A stretch of DNA of 54,055 nt, the filler included, from Jimgerdemannia flammicorona (taxonomy: Eukaryota): the NCBI GenBank assembly GCA_003990765.1. It is 3 parts of 3 records of this genome, joined end to end, with 100 filler letters (N's around TTAATTAATTAA, not from the genome) between each part and the next. Parts side by side here need not be neighbours in the genome. Positions count along the whole stretch, not along the records: positions 1 to 17,953 come from RBNJ01002350.1; positions 18,054 to 36,005 come from RBNJ01002351.1; 1 more part is not named here. One strand, 5' to 3'. Positions 11,301 to 22,800 of this stretch are shown piece after piece. Below the pieces are notes generated by a model, which saw only the letters and a list, made by a program, of their open reading frames with translations, was not told where the DNA came from and made no database searches. Position numbers and translations under genes: made by a program. Numbering within the stretch: the first letter of the stretch is position 1; every line of letters begins with the position of its first letter.

Positions 11301-14300
11301 ATGAACAGTATAACCAACATCTTCTCTTTGAATATGAATGGGTTAAGGGGATCTGGGTGGCATAGAAACATTTTTACTTGGCTCAAGAGATTAGAGGCTG
11401 ATCTCTTTTATTGCAGGATATACAGTGTGAGGATGAGGATGATCAGATGGAGTGGACTAGAGAATAGAGAGGGGCTACCACTTGGTTTGGCAAAGTGGTG
11501 ATTCTGGTGAGAAAGAGTAGAGAAGACCTGGGGGGAATTAGGATCAATTGGTCTGGGGAGATTGAAATTGGCCAGAGTAGGAATCAGTGAGGGTTGACTC
11601 CTATTACTGTTCTGTAGTTAGAGGTGAGAGGATTGTATAGATTACGAAGCTATTAGAGGAGGGTATTCTCTTGGAGAAAGGAGTCGATATCCTGGATGGT
11701 GATTTTAATATAGTTTGGAATCTGTGTCTAGATAGGACTGATAGAGGGAGAAATGCAGGTGAGAGGAGTGGTGGCCTGGAGGCATGGGAGGAGGTAGAGA
11801 ATCTTAGCTCCTTTGGAGATATGGGCAGAATACAGTGAATGACACTAGGGTCTACACACATTGGGTGAATGGCTTAGATATGAGGATTGACTGGATACTG
11901 ATAGCTAAATATTGGGGTGCTGATGTTTGGAAGACTTTGGAGGTGGAGGGTGCCCATGGTCAGATTACTGGGGACTGTTGGGGCAGGGGTAGTTTGGGGG
12001 GAGTGGAGATGGACCTGGACATTAGTGCCTTAACTCCTCTCTGCTGGCTGAAAAGAGGTTGTGGGACTTATGAGTGGAGGACATACAGGCAAAGGTTCCT
12101 ATCTAGAGGTATGAGAGTTTGTCTGTGGGTGTCTGGTGGATTAGGTTGAAGAAAGCTGCAAGGGTCTACTGGGGAGGAGCTGGTAGAGAGGCTGGGAGAC
12201 AGAGGAGGAAGCATATACAGTGTGCTTCCAATAGACTGATGAGATTGCAGATGGAATAGGTGAACTTACTTTCTTCTATTGAGGTAGATAATTAGAGGTT
12301 AGAGTGGGCGAAATTAGAGGTAGTAGAACTACAACAGATGTTGAGAGAGGAGGAGGAGATTCATATGTGAGGAATGGCTGCTAGATTATAGTAGCAGGAG
12401 CTGGAGGAGGGGGAGTGGTCTACTAGGTACTTGTCTAGACTCCTCAAAGCCAGAAGGGTGTGACATCAATAAGATGGGGTCTTGGATGCTGAGGGGAATA
12501 TGGTACATGGCACGCAACAGATCTTGAGAGTTTTGAAGGAGCATTGGCAGGGTCTGTAAAGTGAGGAAGAAGGGGGTATAGAGGAAGAGGCAATTGGAGA
12601 CACTCTGGAAGAGTGGGAGCTACCACAGGTAGAGAGACTGGGTGACCTGATCTTACTGATCCAAGAGGAGGAGGTCCAGGGGGTTCTTGTAGCAACCAAG
12701 CTTGGGATGACACCAGGGGAGAATGGGTTACCTTGGGACTTTTGGAAGAAGATGGCAAAGGTCCCTGAAGTAGTAGGAGAGATGGGTGCTCTCTGTGACC
12801 ATATTCTTCTGAATGGTGAGTGGGTTGGAGAGCAGGACTTGGGGCTGGTAGCCTTATTATATAAAGACAAGAGTAGGTGGGAGGATTGGAAGAACTGGAG
12901 GCCAATCATACTTCTAGATATGGACTGGAAGTTGGTGACTAAGGTGATTGTTACAAGGCTACAAAAGGTTGCTCAACAGGTACTGAGTGAGGAGCAGTGG
13001 GGCTTTGTAGGAGGTAGACTTATCAGAGATGGGACTGCCTGGGTGCATGGCATCATAGAAGGGGTCTGGGCTTGTGGGCTGGATAGTAGACTGATCTTTC
13101 TGGACCAGGAGAAGGTCTATGACCATATTTGGTAGGTATGGCTGGGCAAGGTGCTGGATAGAATTGGTGTTCTACCATGGTTTAGGGCTTTTATATTAAA
13201 GTTGTTGGAGGGCAGTAGGGCAGCACTAATGTGTAATAGTCACAGGGGTTCGGCATTTCTCTTGAGAAGAGGGGTTCCTCAGGGAGACCCACTATCTCCT
13301 ATTCTCTATACCCTTTCACTGGAACCTTTGATGGATAGAATTAGAAAGAAGATGGCCAGACTCTCTATATACAGTATAGAGTGGAAGATAGGGGCCTTTG
13401 CAGATGATATGGTAGTTGGACTTGGTTTGGTGGTAGATGTGGAGGCACTTAAGGAAACCGTGGAATAGTATGAGGCACACTCTGGGGCAAAACTCAACTG
13501 GCATAAGTGTGAGATAATGGTATTGGAAAATGGGTTAATAGGAGGGAATGTCATTGGAACAATTGTCCCTGCAAGAGAGGTAGTATAGTATCTTGGTATC
13601 TTCCTTTCTGTATATGGGTCAGTCTTATTATAGATATGGTGGGAGAGGAGGGTGGCTGTTTGGGGGGAGGCCCTTAGAGGTTGGAGGGGTCATCACATCT
13701 CCCTGGTAAGGTGGGTCTTGATCTTGAATATTTACTAGTTCCTCAAGCTGTGGCATATCACTTAGACTTTCCAGCATAGGTGGTGAAGAGGCTGATGAAA
13801 CTGGCTAGAGATTGGATTTGGACAGGAAGAAGGTCTCAGATCAGTTGGGATACCCTTGTGGAGCTGGAGATTAGGAGAGGCCTAGGTCTGGTAGATTTCC
13901 CTAAGTGGCTATACTGTCTGCGAGCTTGGTGGTTGAAAAGTGCAGTAGAGCTGAAGGAAGGAGATTGGGTACTACTGATGCAGAAGGTGTAGGAGATGAG
14001 ATACTCTCCTTGAGGGTCCTCAGGAGATTTGCTCTCTCTGGTAGCTCTGAATGGAAGCTGGCAGATAAGGTATAAGGGCTTCTGGTGGAGAGTGGTGGAT
14101 GGAGTACACCAAATAGGTCTGTGCTGATATGGCAATGAGAGAGAGATAGTGTGGGGCCCTGCTATGTGGCAATGGGACTGGCTGCTTCTAGGGGGGACTC
14201 CACTTACTAAGTTTGTATTGGCAATGGGGTGAAGTGTCAGTGGGGACTTGGCCAGGATCTTTGGCCAAAGGGTTGGCAGGTAGTGGGGATTGGTGAGGAG

Positions 14301-15004
14301 TGAGACTAGGTAGGAATCTGGTCCTGGAGTGCTGAGGTACAGAGGCAGCTTCCTTCCAAGTTCTGGGTAGTTTGGTGGTAAATACTGTAGAGGAATGTTA
14401 TGTTAAATTTCAATGCTGGGTATCTAATAGATGATGGCTGCCTGGATTGTGGGGAGTGTTATAATGTAGAACAAGCTGGGGGAGTTGTGCAGATACCAGA
14501 ACTTTGGCTGGAAGAGTGTGAGGTTTTGGGGGACTTTTGAATTACTATAGGGGCCCGGCTGGGGGTAGGAAGGAGGCCAGATGGAGAGAGAGGTCACTGG
14601 GAGGATTTGAAATCTAGACTGGGGGGAGGTGTCAGAAATGGGTGGCTCACAGTAGAGTGGGTTATTGTAGTGTGGGTAGGGTTGGCTGGACATTGGCTCT
14701 TTGTTTTTAAAGAGGGGCAACAAATAGGGACACAGGAGAAGTTATTGAGGTGAGAGGCAATAGTGAGAGATCTACTGAGTAGGTGATAGATTGGTTGGGA
14801 TCTTCAGGGTGGGCAATGTTGCCATCTGGTAAAAGAGATCTATAGACAGAGTAGTGGGTGAGTGGAAATGGTGCTTGATAAAGTGGTCTTTCATTGAGAA
14901 GGGGTGGGGGGAGGGGTGGGTGGGTGGAGGAGGGGTCCCCTAGGGGGATCGGGTAGGAGTGGGGCACTGTGTATTATATAGAGGATAGACAGGCATATTA
15001 ATAA
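11301..15004 (+). pseudogene. LINE B ORF2: APE endonuclease + reverse transcriptase (degenerate)
   Basis: MNSITNIFSLNMNGLRG, RIDWIL, TPGENGLPWDFW, NWRPIILLDMDWK, GVPQGDPLSP, FADD, SGAKLN. Confidence 0.92.
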
Positions 15005-15571
15005 AGGATGGAGTCCAAGTGACTATAAAAAAAAAAAATAAAAAAAAAAATAAAAAAATGAACAACTTTGCAGCTAAAGAGTTGGGAGAAGTAGATCTGA
15101 GAGTGATGAGTAAGGAGTATTGGGCATAGATTCTGTTTAGTGATAAAGTGATAGAGGCACTGAAGGTAGAGGTACTTGTAATTGTTCTGAAGGAGGAGAA
15201 ATATGAGGTTGATATGGAGAGAGAGACCAAGCTAGCTATTGTTGCTGGTGTAATGGCTGCCTTCTGTTAGACTGAGCAATATAGGCTAAAGTTCTGGCAG
15301 GAGGTCTGCCTGGAGTATCATGAGGACTTTGAAGAAAAGGAGAATGGAGAGATGGCTGAACTTCTGGTTGGATTGGAGACAAGGGAGGCTGAAGAGGAGG
15401 GATTGGCTACTGAATATAACTTAGACATAGCTCAAGAGAGAAAGGATGTAGACTTATAGAGGATAAGCAGAACACTACTTCTAAATGGCCATCTTTCTCT
15501 GGTAACATTCAGGTTACACAATCTTTTGGCAACACTTTCGATGCAGTTTCTGGAGACAAGCTACTAGTATC

Positions 15572-17605
15572 ATGGCAACCAATAAGAATTCTGAGGTGTG
15601 TACTGGGCAGGGTGGCCCTGGAGTGTTCGAATGGCAGCAAATAGGGAGAGGCCCTGGCCTGGGAGGAAGTATGAGGGGCCTGCTGGCAGGTGGACATGAT
15701 GGAGGAGGGGGCGGAGTTGGAGATCATGGGTCTGGCAGAGTGAGTTTTGTGGAGAAAGTGAAGGCGGATCAGCAGGGAGCTGGACTGGAGAGCTGGCTGA
15801 GGGGGGGGAAGGTGTCAGTGAGGGCCACAAGGCAGCAACCTCTTGGGGGTGCCTCTCCAGTGGGCCATAGGGGTGGAGCTTGGGGGGTAGTGGCTGAGGT
15901 GGGGACTGCTGATAGCAGTGTGACAGGCGATTTGGAAAAAAATCTAGATAGGACTGCTGATGGTGAGCCGAGCAGTGGAAAGGGCATGAGGCCCAGGGAC
16001 CTAGTGGATGGTGTAATGAGACTGGTGGTGGCTTTATTACTCAAGAAGTCGATCTCAGAATTTGCAGTCATGATGTATTTCTAGGGCTTAGCGGTGACGG
16101 CAAAAATGGTTCTGGGGCTGATCACGAAGCAGATGAGTGGTGCAGCATCTGTTAAGTTCCTGAAGAGCCTAGAAGGGGTAGAGGTGGGATTTGAGGAGGC
16201 TGGACCACTGGAGGAGGCTTTGAAGGCTAGAATGAAAGTGGGTGAGGTGTGCGTACTGATGGTGAGATGCCTGAGGTGGGACCCAAGAGTGGTACAGCTT
16301 CTGGTGAAAGGAGTTCTCACAGTTACTGCTATTGAGACAAGGAAGAGAGTCAAGGAGATCATGGCAGATTATGGAGAGGTAGTCGATATTGGGTTCAGAG
16401 TGTGAGAAGGAACCTCCCTCTGGATGGGGGATGTTGATATCAGGATTCAGTTGGCCAGGAGGGAGGCTACTGGGAAGGCTCAGGACTGGCCCTTGGTGAT
16501 GGTGTGGGGGGCTTTCTTATACAAAGTGATGAGAGTAAAGGAGAGCAAGAAAGAGGAGGAGGATTTGCTGGAAGTACTGGAGGAGTTGAGTGGGGCGGTG
16601 GAGAGGAGGTTGAAGGCTTGGAAGACATTCGAGAAGGTGACACATCTTGAGGTAGTTGGAGGAAAGAGAGTTCACATCAACAAGGAGGTGTGAGAGAGGT
16701 CTCAAGAGTGCAGAAGGCAGAGGGAATTGTTGGTGAAAATGGGGGCAGAGGTGACAAGGAAGACAAGTGATGGTGCAACCATTGGAGGTACTGAGGCAAG
16801 TATCTGGGCTGCTGGGAGTGGAAGGAATGAGGAGGGGGGACAGATGGAGGCCGAGAATGTGCCAAGCAAGAATCCATATAAAGATGGCATGCTTGAGGTT
16901 TGGGAGAAAACCTGGAAGGATTTACCTTCACCCTCCCCCCTTATTAGAAGGGGTCTGGCAACAAGAGGTAGGGTGGTAGAGGATGTACCAATGCGCGGTG
17001 CTCAGCAGGTACACTTTGGAGTCCCAAATGTAGAGAAGGGGGGATTGGTAGAGGCAACTGGGGAAGAGGAATTGGTGGATGTCCCAGAGGAGGGATGGAA
17101 TGAGTCAGCAAGTGTAGGGGCTGATACTATGATGTTGGATGGAGGGAGACCAGCGACCCCAGGAGGGAAGGAGGTGGGAAACTTGCTCTGGGTATGCCGG
17201 ATGATGAACAACTTGGCAGCGGAAGAGCTGGGGGAAGTCAACCTCCAAGTGATGAGCGATGAGCATTGGACAAGGATCCTGTGGGGTGATGGAGTGGTGG
17301 CAGCATTGAAGGCAGAAATTCTGGTGGTATACTTGGAGGAGAAGGGGTATGAAGTGGATAAGGAGAGGGAAGCTGCTCTGGCAGTCATGGCGGGTGAGCA
17401 GGCTACACACTGTTGGACTAAGTGGCATGGACTGCAGCTCTGGCAGGAGGCTTGTATAGAGTACCATGAGGAGTTTGAGGAAAAGGAGAATGGGGAGATG
17501 GCTGAGGTCCTGGCTGAATTGGAGGCTAAGAGGACTGAGGAAAAGGAAGCTATTGCTGAGTGCGACCTGGATAGGGCACAAGAGGAGGTGGATATGGAGC
17601 AGTAG
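15572..17605 (+). pseudogene. LINE C ORF1, ~677 codons, best-preserved copy
   Basis: ORF fragments 15572, 16094, 16424 and 16727 are in one frame, broken by three point stops. Gly-rich N-terminus and acidic helical C-terminus. Confidence 0.85.
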
Positions 17606-17854
17606 AGAACTTGTCTGAAACTATATAATCTCCCTTATGAATAGTACAACCAACATTTTTTCTCTGAACGTAAATGGGCTATGGGGTGCTTATCGATGTA
17701 AGAACATTTTTACTTGGCTGAAGGGATTGGAGGCTAATCTCTTCCTTTTGCAGGATGTCAGGTGTGAGGATGACTTAGATATATTGGAATGGACAAAGGA
17801 GTGGGGAGGTGAGACAGTCTGGAAGGGCAAGGTTGGAATTCTGGTGTGGAAAGA

Positions 17855-17953
17855 CAGAGGGGAGATACAGGATGTGCAGAGGGGAGATACAGGATGTGCA
17901 GAGGGGAGATACAGGATGTGCAGAGGGGAGATACAGGATGTGCAGAGGGGAGA
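17855..17953 (+). repeat. 22-bp tandem repeat (CAGAGGGGAGATACAGGATGTG) x4.5
   Basis: Perfect copies running into the gap. Single-copy in other LINE copies (e.g. ~40790). Confidence 0.9.
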
Positions 17954-18053
17954 NNNNNNNNNNNNNNNNNNNNNNNNNNNNNNNNNNNNNNNNNNNNTTA
18001 ATTAATTAANNNNNNNNNNNNNNNNNNNNNNNNNNNNNNNNNNNNNNNNNNNN
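17954..18053. other. Artificial contig spacer (N44-TTAATTAATTAA-N44)
   Basis: Exactly 100 bp with a six-frame stop linker. Confidence 0.98.
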
Positions 18054-18718
18054 ATCGCCAAAAGGATCCACAAGTTATTCTGGGAAGATGAACCAGCCAT
18101 AGACCACCTGAGAGGAGTAACCCCTACCGACTTTGAGAAAGTAAGAAGACATCATTGGGAAACAGTTATGCAGCAAATTGCACAGTACAAAACCATACAG
18201 ACGGTTGAAGCCTGGGAGTTTGAATAGATGCCTCAGGGACGAGACCATCCATTCAGGAGGAAGTTGTGACGGTACAGCCGAATTTGGAAGAAGGAAATAG
18301 GGAATAGACACTTGATCGCACCCATTCCCAAAGTAGTGTAGCCTTATAGTTAGCAGTCCTCGATTTCGACATTGTCTAAATTTTAGACATTATCCAAATC
18401 GAATACCCCGATTTAGCATAGCATTTAGACACTGTCTAAATGTTTCGACAAAGTCCAAATGACTCATTACTTAGCCACCCTCTCATAGCTAGCAAACTTG
18501 TATAAATAACCTAGTATCTTCGAGTGAATAAACCTCAGATCGAAATAGTTCAAAGCAAAGAGATAGCAAAGGAACTAGTAAGCCTGTGGGCAGATACACT
18601 TCGAACTCACCCACCCTCCCCTGCAACTTCAAGAAGACTCTGCGAGAGTCAGAACAGTCAAGTTTTCAAGATACAGAAATCCGACGTACTTTCAAGAGTA
18701 AGCATCTGCTACGTTACA
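18054..18718 (+). mobile_element. 3' end of a second LTR retrotransposon family: ORF terminus, PPT and 454-bp 3' LTR (18265-18718)
   Basis: Reading frame ends ...EAWEFE*. PPT AGGAGGAAG, then TGTGACG...CGTTACA. TATA at 18501, AATAAA at 18527. Confidence 0.88.
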
Positions 18719-19803
18719 CTAGCAAGTGTAATAGTTGGTTGAAGATCACATCACATTTCTTGACTGACTCAATTCAGTTAGTTTATCTGGATTTATCAGT
18801 ACTCAAATTTGACAATATCTCAGTATTTGACTTAAAAGGCAATTATCTTAATAACTATTAACCCTGAGCACAATAGATAGTATGTACTTCTTTTATACTC
18901 AGTTTTGATGCTTAATTCCTTCTCTTGTTTGAAATACTTCCAATATAACTTCTCAATTTGTCTGTCATATTATGAACCATAGTATAATAATAAGTAATAA
19001 TTATACTTTTTAAGAACTACTTAAAATATCTCCCTATTTCTTTACTATATACTGGTGTAAGTAGATCTATATGAATTTTTTGAAGTACATCCAGAGCATA
19101 AGAAAGATTTAGCTTTATGAGAAGGCTATACTATATCTCTCCTTCAAGGATAGTCTTATCTATATCTGAGATACTGATCTATCAACTGATATTATTAGCC
19201 AAATCAATTATCTTATAAATAATTATTTTAAGATACATTCTTCTCATTATATGATATTGTTTAGTATAGTACTAACTCTAAAAATTATTTTTATTTTAAG
19301 GTTACCTACAATGAGATTAAAATATTCTGCAATCAGATATCCTAAGATATATATGTCTATTTATCTTTGTATGGCTTATATGGATACCACAACTGATTTG
19401 AGATTCTATAAGGCTAATAAATAGCAAATATACTAGATCTAAGAAATTCCAAATATGAATAATTATATGTTGGATAGTAGAGTCAATATTACAAAAGTAG
19501 TTCTTATAAAAAAAGTTACCATAGTTGATCTTTCTAGTGTGATATATAGTATGAAATAGAAACAGAAAATAGACATTTGATCATAGTATCTGAATCTGAT
19601 TTCCAAATATAGTATAGAAAATTATCTTTACTACAGACATTGTATCTAAAATATTATCAGTGAAACTCTTATTACTTTTATAGAATTTCACATAAGATTC
19701 TATCTAAGAATTTTACATAAAAAGACTTAATACTTAGCTACATATTTAGTAGCAGAATTAGTATAAATCTGTATAAATAATCCAGTATTTTAGAGGAAAT
19801 AAA

Positions 19804-19807
<4 letters not shown>

Positions 19808-19874
<67 letters not shown>

Positions 19875-22800
19875 GTCACTTGGACTTTGCTATTTATTAC
19901 CATTCTATATATAAAATTACATTATCTTCTTCCATTACCCAATCCCCATAGAGGAACCCTCCCCCTCCCCACCTCTTCATATTTAAAAATCACTCTATCC
20001 CCTATGACCCCAACTCTTCCCCCACTCTGTCTATAGATTCTCTCTACCTAACAATACCATTAACTACCCTGCAGTCCCCAACCAAGCCACCAGTCCATTA
20101 GAGTGTCCTCTATTAACTCTTCCCATTGCAGCAGTTATACCTTCAAGCCCAGATATCTCTCTTTCTCAAAAAGAAACAATCAGTAATCTGCCAATCTCAC
20201 CCATACAGCCAATACACACTCTAAAGTAAGTTACTCCTTTTCAACCCCTTCTATCAATCTATTCCACAAATCCTCCCACTGACTCCTCACACTATCTCTC
20301 CTCTGTATGATACTCAGTTACTTCCTAACTGTTATTCAGAAGTTACTAAGCACCTTGTACTCCCCTAGCCAATGTTTAGATATCTGTACAAAATCTCTTT
20401 TCTGTCCAACATTGTAGTACTCCTTATAGTCAAAGTTTCTCCCTTCTACCAGATGGCCAGTATGAAAGTTGAGCATAATATTTCTCTTCAATATGTACTA
20501 CCAGACCATCCAATACTATAGTGGCAGCTACTATCTAACCTCAGCACTCTATGCCCAGACCCTATTTCAGTCTCACTCTTCTCTAATATCTACCAACTAC
20601 TATCTGCTGGCCTACAGATCCTGCCCCAACCCTCTCTGGTACTCAACCCCATCACCAATATCAAAATTACTGAGAGAGATACCCCCCAGCAATACTTGGT
20701 CCCATCTCCACATTACTGGGCTCCAAGGTATTTCTCTTTTATCTCTCTGCTAATAAATATCAATGTGGTGTACCCCATCTGTGACTTCCCACCAGAAGCC
20801 CTTAAACTACATGTACCTATTATTCTGAAGCTCAACCAAGGATAGAAGATCTCCTGTAGAGCCTCTTGGTAAGGATCTCATCTCTCAGACCTTCTCTATC
20901 AGGGGAACCCAGCTGCCACCCCTCAGCTCTACAGCTCCCTTCAGCCACTATGCTCTCAGGCAGTACAACCTCTTCAGAAAGTCAACCAGCCTGAGTCCCC
21001 CTCTAGTCACTAGTAAAGATAAGATTTTCCAGCTAATCTGACTCCTCCTCTCAGCCCAGATTCACTCCTTAGCTAGTTTCAGCAGTCTTTTCACCACTCA
21101 GACCAGGAAGTCCAGATGATAAGCCAAATACCACAGCTTCAGCAGTCAGTAAGCATTCAAGATAGAAATATGCCCTGCTAGAAATAAGTGGCAGCCTCTC
21201 CAACTCTGCAGGGCCTCTCCCCAGATAACAATCTACTACTCTCACCAGAGTTTTGGTAAAACTGACCCATATACTGAGAGATAGATGCCCAAGTACCTTA
21301 CTGCCTCCCCAGTAGGGACAATTGTTCTGATGACATCCCCCCCCCCACCAAACTATTATCCAGCACTATTGTTTCATACTTATACTAATTGAGTTTAGCC
21401 CCAGAGTGTGCCTCATACCACTCTATAGTCTCCTTGAGTTTCTCAACATTAGTAATCAAGCTCAAGCCAACCACTATATCATCCACAAAGGCACCAACTT
21501 TCCACTCAATGCCAAATACTGAAAGCCCTTCTATCTTTCACCAAATCCTATCCATTAAAGACTCCAAAAAGAGTATATATAGAATGGAAGACAGTGGGTC
21601 CCTCTGGGGAATACCCCTACCCAGAGGGAAAGCTACCCCTTGATCCCTTAATGTCCATTACATATGAGTGCAGCTCTGCTCCCTTCTAGTAGGCTGACCA
21701 TTGCTGCTCAGAACTGTTGAGAGACACCAATTCAATCTAGTACCTTTGCCAACCAGACCCTCTGAATATGAACATATGCCTTTTCCTGATCTAAGAAGAC
21801 AAGGCACTCATCCAGTCCACAGGCTTGTACCCCTTCAATAATGCTATATACTCAAGCCATGTTATTCCAAATGAGCTAGCCTCTGATAAAGCCCTGCTGC
21901 TCCTCTCCCAAGACCTATTGGGCTACCTTCTGCAGCCTTGCTACCACTATCTTAGTAACCAACTTTCTGTCTATATCCAGTAGTATAATTGACCTCCAGT
22001 TCTTCCAGTCCTCTCTTCTGCCCTTGTTCTTATATAGCAGTGTCATCAGCCCCAGATCCTACTCTCCTACCCATCTCCTGGACTATAGTACTAAGTTACA
22101 AAGTATTCTCAGCTCTTCCAGTACACTAGGGACACTCACTATCTTCTTCCAGAAATCCCAGGGCAGGTCATCCTCCCCTGGTGCTGTATCCAGCATAGTT
22201 ATGGTAAGAACCTGATAAATTTCCTCCTCCTGTACTGGCAATACCAGGTTGCTCAGTCTTTCTGCCTGTGGTGGATACCAATCCTCCAAGATATGATCAA
22301 TGGTGGCAGCATCAGCCCCACTCTCCTCCTTACTCTATAAACCACTCTACCTCTCCTTCAACAACCTGAGAATATCTTATATACTATATACCAAAAGTCT
22401 CTCAGAATTGAGAAATCCCTCTTATCTCTGCTGAACTCTCCTTACTCAAAGAGCCCTCATGAGAAAATTAGAGGACCTCTCTCCTTTCTCCAGCCCCTAC
22501 CAACATAGATGTACTGCCATACTCTATACCTGTGCTTTCTCCTCCTCCTGCAATACCTATTGTAACTCAACAACCTCCTTTTTCACCTATAATAATCTCT
22601 AATCCTCCACCCTCTCTAGGGTCAACAGATATGCCCAATCTTCAAACAGTCTCATCAGTCTAGTAGAGGCCCACAACATCCTCTTCTTCCTCTGTCTACC
22701 AGCCACCTTACCAGCCTCCCTTCAATAGACCCTAGCAGTCTCTTTTAGCCTTATCTACTTAACTCCAACTAGGGTACCTTCCTGTATCCACTTCTTCACT

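Larger units (their letters stand above)
9173..15057 (+). mobile_element. Full-length L1/Tx1-like LINE copy B with poly(A) and 15-bp TSD
   Basis: TSD ATGAACAACTTTGCA at 9158-9172 and 15058-15072. Poly(A) at ~15027-15057. Contains ORF1 and APE-RT ORF2. Confidence 0.93.
9037..15486 (+). mobile_element. LINE copy A (5'-truncated ORF1 piece), split into 9037-9172 and 15058-15486 by a younger LINE
   Basis: The two halves align consecutively with ORF1 of copy C (~17083-17640). Confidence 0.85.
15487..17953 (+). mobile_element. LINE copy C: 5' end, ORF1 and start of ORF2, cut by contig end
   Basis: 5' terminus CATCTTTCTCTGGTAA shared with other copies. ORF2 starts at 17637 (MNSTTNIFSLNVNGL). Confidence 0.9.

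Noticed and set aside
17855..17953. 22-bp repeat as CRISPR or a functional array
   Set aside because: No spacers, eukaryotic context, and it sits at a contig end; likely slippage or an assembly artefact.
1418..18718. Pairing the 1418 LTR with the 18265 LTR as one element
   Set aside because: Sequences and lengths differ, flanks differ (GCTAT vs CTAGC), and an artificial spacer lies between them.
18719..19537. Decayed intron-containing transposase-like sequence, continuing at 35477-35860
   Set aside because: Intron-like signals (TACTAAC...TTTTAAG) are present, but no catalytic motif is readable.
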